This document shows, one piece after another, positions 19,342-30,297 of a stretch of 63,835 nt of DNA. Made by a program: the position numbers and the translations under genes. The stretch covers positions 1-63,835 of the forward strand of contig JBQTJM010000017.1 in NCBI GenBank assembly GCA_052387115.1. Direction: 5' to 3'. Each line of letters starts with the position of its first letter. The stretch's first letter is position 1. Source of the DNA: Gammaproteobacteria bacterium. GTDB taxonomy: Bacteria; Pseudomonadota; Gammaproteobacteria; JACCXJ01. The notes beneath the pieces were generated by a model. It was not told where the DNA came from and did not search any database. It was given only the letters and a program-made list of their open reading frames with translations.

Positions 19342-20541
19342 ATGGAACACACGCGTTTGTTTACCTCCGAATCGGTGTCCGAAGGGCATCCGGACAAGAT
19401 GGCCGATCAGATCTCCGATGCGATCCTGGACGCGATCCTGGCCCAGGACCCGCGCGGCCGGGTCGCCTGCGAATCGCTCCTCACCACCGGGCTCGTGGTC
19501 ATCGCCGGGGAGATCACGACCTCGGCGCAGGTCGATTTTCGCACCATCGCCCGCGAGGTCATCCGCGACATCGGCTACCGGAGCTCGGATATGGGTTTCG
19601 ATGCGGACACCTGCGGCGTGATCGTCTCCGTCGGGCAGCAGTCGGCGGACATCGCGCAGGGCGTGAACGAGGCCGAAGGGCACGAGCAGGGTGCCGGGGA
19701 CCAGGGGCTCATGTTCGGTTACGCGTGCAACGAAACCGATGTGCTCATGCCCGCGCCCATCACCTACGCGCACCGCCTGGTGCGCCGCCAGGCAGAGGTC
19801 CGTAAGAGCGGCGCCCTGCCGTGGCTCAGGCCCGACGCCAAGAGCCAGATCACCTTCCGGTATCAGGGCCAGAGGCCCTGTGGCATCGATGCCGTGGTGC
19901 TGTCGACCCAGCACAGCCCCGAGGTCTCCCAAGCGACCTTGCGGGAGGCCGTCATGGACCAGATCCTGTTACCGGTCCTGCCGGCCGAGTGGATCGACAA
20001 GGGCACGCGCTTCTTCATCAACCCCACCGGTCGCTTCGTGGTCGGCGGGCCGATGGGGGATTGCGGCTTGACCGGACGCAAGATCATCGTGGACAGCTAC
20101 GGCGGCATGGCCCGTCATGGCGGCGGTGCGTTTTCGGGCAAGGACCCGTCCAAGGTGGATCGCTCGGCAGCCTACGCCGCGCGCTATGTCGCCAAGAACC
20201 TGGTGGCCGCCGGGGTCGCCGAGCGCTGCGAGATCCAGGTGTCCTATGCCATCGGGGTGGCCGAGCCGACCTCCATCAACGTCGATACCTTTGGGACCAG
20301 TGCGTTGGACGAATCGCGCCTCATCGCCGCGGTGCGCGAGGTGTTCGATTTACGGCCCAAAGGCATCATCGACATGCTACGACTGCTGCGCCCGGTGTAC
20401 CGCAAGACCGCGGCCTATGGACACTTTGGCCGCACCGAGAGCGAGCTGACCTGGGAGCGCACCGATCGGGTGGAGGCCTTGCGGAACGCGCTCGGGCTTA
20501 CCCGTGTGCATCAACGCGAGCCACTGGCGCGCGTGGGCTAG
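19342..20541 (+). CDS. metK: S-adenosylmethionine synthetase.
   Basis: [56 protein letters not shown] aggaga upstream of the ATG at 19342. Confidence 0.96.
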   Translation: MEHTRLFTSESVSEGHPDKMADQISDAILDAILAQDPRGRVACESLLTTGLVVIAGEITTSAQVDFRTIAREVIRDIGYRSSDMGFDADTCGVIVSVGQQSADIAQGVNEAEGHEQGAGDQGLMFGYACNETDVLMPAPITYAHRLVRRQAEVRKSGALPWLRPDAKSQITFRYQGQRPCGIDAVVLSTQHSPEVSQATLREAVMDQILLPVLPAEWIDKGTRFFINPTGRFVVGGPMGDCGLTGRKIIVDSYGGMARHGGGAFSGKDPSKVDRSAAYAARYVAKNLVAAGVAERCEIQVSYAIGVAEPTSINVDTFGTSALDESRLIAAVREVFDLRPKGIIDMLRLLRPVYRKTAAYGHFGRTESELTWERTDRVEALRNALGLTRVHQREPLARVG

Positions 20542-20555
20542 CGCCGTTCCCTACG

Positions 20556-20585
20556 GCCCTTATCTAATAGGCCCTTATCTAATAG
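20556..20585. repeat. 15-bp perfect tandem duplication in the metK-ahcY spacer.
   Basis: gcccttatctaatag occurs twice, at 20556-20570 and 20571-20585. Confidence 0.8.
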
Positions 20586-20627
20586 AAGATAGAAACCCCT
20601 CACCATCGAGCTGACCAGGAGCAATTG

Positions 20628-21941
20628 ATGAGCACACAACCCCTCGAGCGGTTCCAAATGGACTACAAGGTCGCCGACATCCGGCTTGCGGAATGGGGTC
20701 GCAAGGAAATCCGCATCGCGGAGACCGAGATGCCGGGCCTCATGGCATTGCGCGAGGAGTACGCGACTCAAAAGCCGCTTGCCGGGGCCCGGATCGCCGG
20801 CTGCCTCCACATGACCATCCAGACGGCGGTGCTCATCGAGACCCTGCTGACGCTCGGGGCCGAGGTGCGGTGGTCGTCCTGCAACATCTTTTCGACCCAG
20901 GACCATGCCGCCGCCGCGGTGGCCGCCGAAGGCGTGCCGGTGTTCGCCTGGAAGGGGGAGAGCGAGGAGGAATTCTGGTGGTGCATCGACAGAACCATCT
21001 TCGGTCCGGACGGCTGGCGCCCCAATATGATCCTCGACGACGGGGGCGATCTCACCAAAGTGATGCACGAGCGGTTTCCGGAGCTCTTGGCCGATGTGCG
21101 CGGTTTATCGGAGGAGACCACCACGGGCGTGCATCGCCTCTATGAGATGATGCGCGCCGGCACCTTGAAGGTCCCGGCCTTCAACGTCAACGATTCGGTG
21201 ACCAAGTCGAAGTTCGACAACCTCTATGGCTGCCGTGAGTCCCTGATGGACGGCATCAAGCGCGCCACGGGCGTCATGATCGCCGGCAAGATCGCGGTGG
21301 TCGTCGGCTATGGCGATGTCGGCAAGGGTTGCGCCCAGGCCCTGGGGGGGCTCGGGGCCACGGTGTGGATCGCCGAGATCGACCCCATCTGCGCGCTCCA
21401 GGCGGCCATGGAGGGGTATCGGGTGGTGACCGTGGACGATGTCTGCGGCCAGGGGGACATCTTCGTGACCGCGACCGGCAATGTGCGCGTGATCACCCAC
21501 GCGCACATGCGCGCCATGAAGGACCAGGCCATCGTCTGCAACATCGGACACTTCGATTCGGAGATCGACATCGCCTCCGTGCGACAGTATCGCTGGGAAA
21601 ACATCAAGCCCCAGGTCGACCACGTCGTCTTCCCCGACGGCAAGCGCCTCATCGTGCTGGCGGAAGGGCGCTTGGTGAACCTCGGATGCGCGACCGGGCA
21701 CCCGAGCTTCGTGATGTCCGCCTCCTTCACCAACCAGGTCCTGGCCCAGATCGAGATCTGGAACCATCACCAGGCCTACGAAAGGCGCGTCTATACCCTG
21801 CCCAAGGCCCTCGACGAGAAGGTCGCGCGCCTGCATCTGGCCAAGCTCGGCGTCAAGCTCACGCGCATGACGGAGGAGCAGACCGCCTACATCGGTGTCC
21901 CGGTGGATGGCCCCTATAAACCGGAATACTACCGGTACTGA
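20628..21941 (+). CDS. ahcY: Adenosylhomocysteinase.
   Basis: [34 protein letters not shown], the NAD motif [12 protein letters not shown], and [10 protein letters not shown]. Confidence 0.96.
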   Translation: MSTQPLERFQMDYKVADIRLAEWGRKEIRIAETEMPGLMALREEYATQKPLAGARIAGCLHMTIQTAVLIETLLTLGAEVRWSSCNIFSTQDHAAAAVAAEGVPVFAWKGESEEEFWWCIDRTIFGPDGWRPNMILDDGGDLTKVMHERFPELLADVRGLSEETTTGVHRLYEMMRAGTLKVPAFNVNDSVTKSKFDNLYGCRESLMDGIKRATGVMIAGKIAVVVGYGDVGKGCAQALGGLGATVWIAEIDPICALQAAMEGYRVVTVDDVCGQGDIFVTATGNVRVITHAHMRAMKDQAIVCNIGHFDSEIDIASVRQYRWENIKPQVDHVVFPDGKRLIVLAEGRLVNLGCATGHPSFVMSASFTNQVLAQIEIWNHHQAYERRVYTLPKALDEKVARLHLAKLGVKLTRMTEEQTAYIGVPVDGPYKPEYYRY

Positions 21942-21976
21942 GCGGTTGTTCTGAGGCAGGCCGCAGGGTGTCGTCG

Positions 21977-22864
21977 ATGAGACCAAACGCCCGCGATCCG
22001 CTGTTCAGCTTCGAGTTCTTCCCGCCGCGTACGCCGGAGGCGGTGGGCAAGCTCGAGGTCACGCGTGACCGCCTCGCGGCGTTGCGGCCGGATTACTTCT
22101 CCGTGACCTTCGGCGCGGGGGGTAGCACGCGGGAGCGCACCTTCGAGACCGTGGTCGAGATCCGCGACAAGACCGGGATCCCGGCCGCCCCCCATGTCTC
22201 CTGTATTGGGTGTCCGACGCAGGCGCTACGGGAGGTGCTGGCGACCTACCGGTCGGCCGGGATCGACCGGATCGTGGCCCTGCGCGGCGATCTGCCCTCC
22301 GGTACATCGAGTTACGGGGAGCTGCGCTATGCCAACGAGCTGGTCGAGTTCATCCGCCGCGAGACCGGGGATCACTTCTTCATCGAGGTCGCGGCCTATC
22401 CGGAGTTCCATCCCCAGGCGGCGGGCGCCGAGGCCGATCTCGTCAACTTCAAGCGTAAGGTCGATGCCGGGGCCGACAGCGCGATCACCCAGTATTTTTA
22501 CAACGTGGACGCCTATTCCCGCTTCGTCGAGGCATCCCGAAAGCTCGGCATCGACATCCCCATCGTCCCGGGTGTCATGCCGATCATCAATTGCACGCAG
22601 TTGTTGCGTTTCTCGGATGCCTGCGGGGCCGAGATCCCGCGTTGGATCCTGAAGCGGCTGCGCGACTTCGGCGATGACCGCGTGGCGATCCGCGATTTCG
22701 GCGTGGACGTGACTACGGAGCTGTGCCGACAGCTCCTCGAGCGGGGCGCGCCGGGGCTGCACTTCTACACCATGAACCAAGCCGAGGCCTCGATCGCGAT
22801 CTGGCGTAATCTCGGGATCGGCACGGCAGACGCGCGCAGCCGGGGGGTCGCGGTTTCCGCATAG
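21977..22864 (+). CDS. metF: Methylenetetrahydrofolate reductase.
   Basis: LFSFEFFPPRT, FSVTFGAGGSTRE, ITQYFYNVD. The alternative GTG start is at 21968. Confidence 0.93.
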   Translation: MRPNARDPLFSFEFFPPRTPEAVGKLEVTRDRLAALRPDYFSVTFGAGGSTRERTFETVVEIRDKTGIPAAPHVSCIGCPTQALREVLATYRSAGIDRIVALRGDLPSGTSSYGELRYANELVEFIRRETGDHFFIEVAAYPEFHPQAAGAEADLVNFKRKVDAGADSAITQYFYNVDAYSRFVEASRKLGIDIPIVPGVMPIINCTQLLRFSDACGAEIPRWILKRLRDFGDDRVAIRDFGVDVTTELCRQLLERGAPGLHFYTMNQAEASIAIWRNLGIGTADARSRGVAVSA

Positions 22865-22906
22865 CTGCGAACCGCACGCCGTTGGGGCCCGCGAGGGCCG
22901 AGGGGT

Positions 22907-24346
<1,440 letters not shown>

Positions 24347-24347
24347 G

Positions 24348-25241
24348 ATGTATTACAGCTATTTCGGGCTAGCGCAGGCGCCCTTCAAGATCACGCCTGA
24401 CACGCGTTTGTTCTTTCCGGGGGGCAACCGCGGCGCGGTGCTGGAATCCCTGGTGTACGCCGTCACGAGCGGCGAAGGCATCGTCAAGGTCGTCGGCGAG
24501 GTGGGGAGCGGCAAGACCATGCTGTGCCGGATGCTGGCGCGGGAACTGCCGGAAGACACCGAGATCGTCTATCTCGCCAATCCGAGCCTTGCACCCGAGC
24601 ATATCCTGCATGCCATCGCCTTCGAGCTGAAACTGCCGGCCGCGGCATCGGACAGCAGGCTCAAGGTCCTTCACACCCTTCAGGATTATCTGATCCAGCG
24701 ACACGCCGAGAACGTACGGGTCGTGACCTTCATCGAGGAGGCCCAGGGTATGCCCATCGAGACCCTGGAAGAGATCCGGCTCTTGAGCAACCTCGAGACC
24801 CAGGACGAGAAGCTCCTCCAGATCGTGATGTTCGGACAGCCCGAGCTGGACGAGACGCTGGCCACTCCCCGCATCCGCCAGCTCAAGGAGCGCATCACCT
24901 ACAGCTTTTACCTCACGCCCTTCACGGCGCAGCAGGTGGCCGAATACCTCACCACCCGTCTGCGCGCCTGTGGTTACCAGGGCATGGGGCTGTTCACGCG
25001 CGGGGCGGTACGGAGACTCACCCGTAGCTCGCGCGGCCTGCTGCGGAGGATCAACATATTGGCCGACAAGGCCCTGCTCGCCGCCTATGCCGCCAACGCC
25101 GTCAAGGTGACGGCGGGCCATGTGCGACGCGCGTCCCGCGACAGCGAGTTCGGAGCGGGGCGGTGGCGCGTGGGGAGACTGATCGGCATAGCGGCGTGCG
25201 TCGGCCTGGCGGTCGGCGGCGCGCTGTGGTGGGCCTTCTAG
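24348..25241 (+). CDS. ExeA/GspA-like AAA ATPase of the type found in exosortase (XrtA/PEP-CTERM) EPS loci.
   Basis: MYYSYFGLAQAPFKITPDTRLFF, Walker A GEVGSGKT, Walker B FIEEAQ, and a C-terminal TM segment LIGIAACVGLAVGGALWWAF. Confidence 0.8.
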   Translation: MYYSYFGLAQAPFKITPDTRLFFPGGNRGAVLESLVYAVTSGEGIVKVVGEVGSGKTMLCRMLARELPEDTEIVYLANPSLAPEHILHAIAFELKLPAAASDSRLKVLHTLQDYLIQRHAENVRVVTFIEEAQGMPIETLEEIRLLSNLETQDEKLLQIVMFGQPELDETLATPRIRQLKERITYSFYLTPFTAQQVAEYLTTRLRACGYQGMGLFTRGAVRRLTRSSRGLLRRINILADKALLAAYAANAVKVTAGHVRRASRDSEFGAGRWRVGRLIGIAACVGLAVGGALWWAF

Positions 25242-25256
25242 TGGCTCGATACTTGC
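25242..25256 (+). promoter_or_regulatory. Candidate sigma-54 (-24/-12) promoter upstream of galE and the polysaccharide genes.
   Basis: TGGCTCGATACTTGC matches TGGCAC-N5-TTGC, with exactly 10 nt between the GG and GC dinucleotides. It lies 37 nt upstream of the galE GTG, right after the ATPase stop. Confidence 0.5.
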
Positions 25257-25292
25257 CTTTCGCTCGCCTGTCTTAAGGGTGGGAGGATCCAC

Positions 25293-26276
25293 GTGCAAGA
25301 GCGTTCGATACTGGTGACCGGCGGGGCTGGATATATCGGCAGTCATGTGGTCCGGCAGCTCGGGGAATCCGGCCACCGTGTGGTGGTCCTGGACAACCTT
25401 TCGACCGGCTTCAAGGAAGCGGTGATCCACGGGGTGCTCGTGGTTGGCGACAACGGAGACCCGCTGTTGGTGTCGCGCCTCTTGCGCGAGCACAACATCG
25501 AGACCGTCATGCACTTCGCGGCCCATACCGTGGTGCCGGAATCGGTCGAGCTGCCGTTGAAATACTACGGCAACAATACCTGCAAGACCCGCAACCTACT
25601 CGAGTGCTGTGCCGAGCACGGCGTCGAGCACTTCGTGTTCTCCTCGACGGCCGCGGTCTATGGGATCCCGGAGGGTGAGTGTGCCCGTGAAGACACCGCC
25701 ACCCGACCCATCAATCCGTACGGCACCTCCAAGCTGATGAGCGAATGGATGTTGCGCGACCTGGCGGCGGCAAGCGCCCTGCGTTTCGTGATCCTACGTT
25801 ACTTCAACGTCGCGGGCTCGGATCCGTCGTGCCGGATCGGACAGGCGACCCGCAATGCCACGCTCCTCATCAAGGTGGCCGCCGAGGTCGCCGCCGGCAG
25901 GCGTGCGAGCCTCGCCATCTTCGGCACGGACTTTCCGACCCCGGACGGCACCGGGGTCCGCGACTATATCCATGTCGAGGACCTCGCGGATGCCCATGTG
26001 AAATCGCTGGAATACTTGATGTCCGGCGGTGAATCGACGACGCTGAACTGCGGCTATGGGCGCGGTTACAGCGTGCGCGAGGTCATCGCCGCCGTGGAGA
26101 AGGCCGCCGGGCAGCGGCTCGAGGTACGCGAAGGTCCTCGCCGCGACGGCGATCCGCCGGTCCTGGTCGCCGAGGCCGACCGCATCCGCCGGGTCCTGGG
26201 GTGGCAACCGCGCTACGACGACCTGCACACGATCGTCGAGACGTCGCTGCGGTGGGAGCGAAACCGTGCCTATTAG
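25293..26276 (+). CDS. galE: UDP-glucose 4-epimerase.
   Basis: ILVTGGAGYIGSH, YGTSKLMSE (YxxxK), VILRYFNVAGSDP. RBS gggagga upstream of the GTG. Confidence 0.9.
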   Translation: MQERSILVTGGAGYIGSHVVRQLGESGHRVVVLDNLSTGFKEAVIHGVLVVGDNGDPLLVSRLLREHNIETVMHFAAHTVVPESVELPLKYYGNNTCKTRNLLECCAEHGVEHFVFSSTAAVYGIPEGECAREDTATRPINPYGTSKLMSEWMLRDLAAASALRFVILRYFNVAGSDPSCRIGQATRNATLLIKVAAEVAAGRRASLAIFGTDFPTPDGTGVRDYIHVEDLADAHVKSLEYLMSGGESTTLNCGYGRGYSVREVIAAVEKAAGQRLEVREGPRRDGDPPVLVAEADRIRRVLGWQPRYDDLHTIVETSLRWERNRAY

Positions 26277-26298
26277 GACCGACGCCCTACCGTGAGCC

Positions 26299-27156
26299 AT
26301 GCCTATGCCCGGTGATACGCCCGCGGTCCTGATCGACACCCATGTCCACATCCATGGCTGTTTCCCCCTGGCCGGGTTTTTCGATGCGGCTCACGTCAAT
26401 TTCGAGCGCGCCGCGCGCGCCCAGCCGGAAACCCATAAGAGCAGCGACGGTGGTTTCATCGGTGTTCTGATGCTGACCGAGACCGCACGCGCCGACTGCT
26501 TCAAGCGCCTTTCGGCATGGGCGGACGGCGCGGCCGATGGCGTTGACTCGGTGCTTGGGGACTGGCGTCTACGACACACGGAGGAGACCGGCTCCGTGAC
26601 GGCGGAGTGCCATGGACAATGCCTGTATATCATCGCAGGCCGCCAGATCGTCACGGCCGAAAGATTGGAGGTCCTGGCCCTGGGTTTCGAGGGCTTCGTT
26701 CCGGACGGGGAACCGATCCGACAGGTGATAGACCGAGTGCGATCGGCCGCGGCCGTGGCCGTGATCCCGTGGGGTTTCGGGAAATGGTGGGGCGGACGCG
26801 GCAAGGTGGTCTCGGCCTTGCTAAAAGACCACGAGGCCCTGGGGTTTTTTCTCGGGGACAACAGCGGCCGCACGGCGTTGCTAGGGCGACCCGCTCATTT
26901 CGAGGACGCCCGCCGAGACGGGATCGCCATCCTGCCGGGCACCGATCCCTTGCCGTTCCCGGCGGAGTACGGCCGCGCCGGCAGCTTCGGGCTCGTGGCG
27001 CACGCGACGATCGACCCGGGGCGACCCGCCGCGGAGATCAAACGCCTCCTCACGGGCACGCCCCTCGGGTTGAAACCCTACGGCCGCCTCGAAACCCCGC
27101 TGCGTTTCCTCCACAACCAGATCGCGATGCAGTTCCACAAGCACGCGGCCTCTTGA
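26299..27156 (+). CDS. Hypothetical protein, possibly a metal-dependent hydrolase.
   Basis: N-terminal LIDTHVHIHG (HxH motif). Coding-like codon usage. Packed tightly between galE and the GT4 gene. Confidence 0.6.
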   Translation: MPMPGDTPAVLIDTHVHIHGCFPLAGFFDAAHVNFERAARAQPETHKSSDGGFIGVLMLTETARADCFKRLSAWADGAADGVDSVLGDWRLRHTEETGSVTAECHGQCLYIIAGRQIVTAERLEVLALGFEGFVPDGEPIRQVIDRVRSAAAVAVIPWGFGKWWGGRGKVVSALLKDHEALGFFLGDNSGRTALLGRPAHFEDARRDGIAILPGTDPLPFPAEYGRAGSFGLVAHATIDPGRPAAEIKRLLTGTPLGLKPYGRLETPLRFLHNQIAMQFHKHAAS

Positions 27157-27159
27157 ATC

Positions 27160-28356
27160 ATGCGCGCCCTGGTCATCGCACCGCAACCGTTCTTTTCCCC
27201 GCGCGGGACGCCGTACAGCGTCTATTACCGGACGCTCGTGACCTCCGAGCTCGGTGTCCAGGTCGATCTCCTGACCTATGGGGAGGGCGAGGATGTGGAC
27301 ATCCCGGGTGTCCGGATCTATCGCATCCCGCGTTTCGGGGCGCTCGGGAACGTCAAGACCGGCCCGTCGCTGCTCAAGCTGTTCCTCGACGGCTTCATAT
27401 TGGCAAGGGCCGTGGCCCTTTTGTGCCGGACGCGCTATGCCTTCGTCCATGCCCATGAAGAGTCGGTGTTCTTCTGCCGGTTTCTCAAGCCGCTGTTCGG
27501 CTTCAAGCTGGTCTACGACATGCACTCGAGCCTGCCCGAGCAGTTGCGCAACTTCAGGTTCACCGAGTCGCGCGTGCTCATCCGTGCCTTCGAGTGGCTG
27601 GAGAACGGGAGCCTGCGCGCCTCGGACGCCATCATCACCATCTGCCCGGCGTTGGCCGACTATGTCCATCGGACCTTGGGCGACACACCCCGGCACCTCC
27701 TCATTGAGAATTCGATCTTCGATCCAGTCAAGGTCGGGGGCCGCAGCGCTGGATCGTCGGTGGGTCCCGGCGACTCTTCGGCCGGTACCTCTCTGGAGGC
27801 GAAGATCCCCGAGGGCCGAGATTTGGTGGTGTATGCAGGGACCCTGGAGACCTATCAGGGCATCGATCTCCTGATCGCCGCCTTCGCCAAGGTCCTCGGA
27901 CGCCATCCTTCCGCCTTCCTGCTCGTCGTCGGCGGGACGGCGGAACAGGTCGCTCGCTACTCGGCCCTCGCCAAAGAGCACGGTGTCACCGATCACTGCC
28001 GGTTCACTGGAAGCGTGCCCCAGGCGCTCGCGCGCCGTTACACGAGCATGGCCTCGGTGCTGGTGTCACCCCGCAGCGCCGGGACCAACACGCCGCTCAA
28101 GGTCTACGAGCAACTCGCGAGCGGTGTGCCGCTGGTCGCGACGCGCATCTATTCACACACCCAGGTCCTGGACGACGACGTGGCGTTTCTGGTCGAGGCG
28201 GACGCGAGCGGCATGGCCGAGGGGATCCTCCAGGCGCTCACCTCCAGATCCGAGCGCGAACGACGGATCGCCAATGCCAAGGGCCGCTACCAACGCGACT
28301 ATTCGCGCCCGGCCTATGTCGCCAAGATGCGGCGCTTGATGGATCTGTTGCGCTGA
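27160..28356 (+). CDS. Glycosyltransferase, family 4 (GT-B).
   Basis: MRALVIAPQPFFSPRGTPYSV, and the C-terminal GT1/GT4 core with VSPRSAGTNTPLKVYEQLASGVPLVAT (E-x7-E region). Confidence 0.85.
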   Translation: MRALVIAPQPFFSPRGTPYSVYYRTLVTSELGVQVDLLTYGEGEDVDIPGVRIYRIPRFGALGNVKTGPSLLKLFLDGFILARAVALLCRTRYAFVHAHEESVFFCRFLKPLFGFKLVYDMHSSLPEQLRNFRFTESRVLIRAFEWLENGSLRASDAIITICPALADYVHRTLGDTPRHLLIENSIFDPVKVGGRSAGSSVGPGDSSAGTSLEAKIPEGRDLVVYAGTLETYQGIDLLIAAFAKVLGRHPSAFLLVVGGTAEQVARYSALAKEHGVTDHCRFTGSVPQALARRYTSMASVLVSPRSAGTNTPLKVYEQLASGVPLVATRIYSHTQVLDDDVAFLVEADASGMAEGILQALTSRSERERRIANAKGRYQRDYSRPAYVAKMRRLMDLLR

Positions 28357-30293
28357 TGTGCGGCATCGCCGGCATCGCGACGTTCCGTGACGCGCGTAGT
28401 CCGGTTCGAGAACAAATCCACGCGATGTGCGAGACCATCGTGCATCGCGGTCCGAACGACGAAGGGATCCATGTGCAAGGCGGCGTCGGGTTGGGCATGC
28501 GGCGCCTGTCCATCATCGATCTCGGCGGCGGCCGGCAACCCATCTGGAATGAGGATCGCACCGTCCTGACGGTATTCAACGGCGAGATCTACAACTACCG
28601 CGAGCTGCGGCGGGACCTGGAGGCACGTGGGCACCGTTTCGCGACCCACAGCGATACCGAGGTCATCGTCCATGGTTACGAGGAGTACGGCAGCGATTTT
28701 CCCGCCCACCTGAACGGGATGTTCGCCATCGCGCTCCACGATACGGTGCGCCGTAAGCTGGTCCTGGTGCGTGATCACATCGGGATCAAACCGCTGTATT
28801 ACAGCTTCACGGATGCGCGCATCGTGTTCGGCTCGGAGGTCAAGGTCCTGCTCGCGAGCGGGCTCGTGAAACGGGACCTCGATATCGACGCGGTCGGGCA
28901 GTTCCTGTCCTGGGAATATGTGCCGGGCGCGCAGACCCTGCTGACGGGGGTCGAGAGGCTCGAACCCGGCCATTTGATCGAGATCGACCTTTCGAATCCG
29001 ATCTGCGCCCCACGCCGCTATTGGGATATCCCGCTGGCCGTGGCCGGCGAGGCCCATGTTCTTTCCCAGAGGACATTCGACGAGTGGGCCGACGTGGTCG
29101 ATGCCAAGCTCCGGGAAAGCGTGCAGCGCCAGCTGGTCGCCGATGTGCCCCTCGGCGCGTTTCTTTCGGGTGGCGTCGATTCGTCGCTGGTGGCGGCCGC
29201 GATGCCACTTGCCAGGACCTTCAGCATCGCTTTCGGCGACCAGAGCTATAACGAGGCCCCGTATGCCCGCGCGGTGGCCGACCATCTCGGCGTCGATCAT
29301 GTCTCTGAGGCCATCTCGGCCGATGTCGTGGGGCTCTTCGAGCGCCTCATGTACCTCCTGGACGACCCGATTGGGGACTTTTCGATCTTCCCGACCTTCC
29401 TGGTGTCGCAAGTAGCTCGCAAGCACGTCACCGTGGCCTTGAGCGGCGATGGTGGTGATGAGCTTTTCGGGGGCTATGAGACCTATCTCGCCGAGGTGCG
29501 GGCGCGCCAATACGCGCGGGTGCCCGCGTTGTTGCGCCAGACACTCATCGAGCCCTGCGTCCGTGGGCAGAGGCCGCGCGCCGCCAAGAAGGGACTCATC
29601 AACAAGGCCAAACGCTTCGTCGAAGGGTTCCATCACCCGGAGGTCCTCGGGCATGCGCGCTGGCGGCTGTTCGTCACCGAAGAGATGCGCGCCGAGATCT
29701 TCACCCCCGACGCCGGAAGCGTGATGGCGACGCCCGTCACGCATCACATCACCGAGCTGTTCCGGGCGGCGGGGCCGCGACAGCCGCTCAACCGCGGCCT
29801 GTACGTGGACGTCAAGAGTTATCTCTGTGACAACATCCTGACCAAGGTGGACCGCATGTCGATGGGGGTGTCTCTGGAGGCGCGCGTCCCGTATCTGGAC
29901 CGGGAGCTCGTGGAGCTGGCGTTTCAGGTACCCGACCATCTCAAGGTGTCGAAGGGCCGCACCAAGGTGCTGCTCAAGGCGATCGCGGCGCGCCATGTGC
30001 CCGCCCATTGCGTGTATCGGCCCAAGGAGGGCTTCAGCATCCCCATCAAGAACTGGCTCTGCACGCAGTTCCGCGATCTCCTGGAGTCGCTGGTCTGTCG
30101 CGAACGGATGGAGCGCGGTGGGATATTCGCATGGCCGACCATCGAACGGCTCAAGACGGAGCATCTCGACGGCCGCGCCAATCACAGCCATATCCTATGG
30201 TCGCTCATGGTCTTTGAAGCGTGGCGCGAGCGCTGGCTCGAAGGCCGCTTGCGCATGATCGAAAACCCCGCCGGGATGGCGGCGGTCGGCTGA
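28356..30293 (+). CDS. Asparagine synthase (glutamine-hydrolysing) family amidotransferase, as found in exosortase-associated EPS loci.
   Basis: MCGIAGI with the Ntn Cys2, the PP-loop SGGVDSS, 645 aa. TGATG overlap with the GT4 stop. Confidence 0.88.
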   Translation: MCGIAGIATFRDARSPVREQIHAMCETIVHRGPNDEGIHVQGGVGLGMRRLSIIDLGGGRQPIWNEDRTVLTVFNGEIYNYRELRRDLEARGHRFATHSDTEVIVHGYEEYGSDFPAHLNGMFAIALHDTVRRKLVLVRDHIGIKPLYYSFTDARIVFGSEVKVLLASGLVKRDLDIDAVGQFLSWEYVPGAQTLLTGVERLEPGHLIEIDLSNPICAPRRYWDIPLAVAGEAHVLSQRTFDEWADVVDAKLRESVQRQLVADVPLGAFLSGGVDSSLVAAAMPLARTFSIAFGDQSYNEAPYARAVADHLGVDHVSEAISADVVGLFERLMYLLDDPIGDFSIFPTFLVSQVARKHVTVALSGDGGDELFGGYETYLAEVRARQYARVPALLRQTLIEPCVRGQRPRAAKKGLINKAKRFVEGFHHPEVLGHARWRLFVTEEMRAEIFTPDAGSVMATPVTHHITELFRAAGPRQPLNRGLYVDVKSYLCDNILTKVDRMSMGVSLEARVPYLDRELVELAFQVPDHLKVSKGRTKVLLKAIAARHVPAHCVYRPKEGFSIPIKNWLCTQFRDLLESLVCRERMERGGIFAWPTIERLKTEHLDGRANHSHILWSLMVFEAWRERWLEGRLRMIENPAGMAAVG

Positions 30294-30297
30294 GGCG

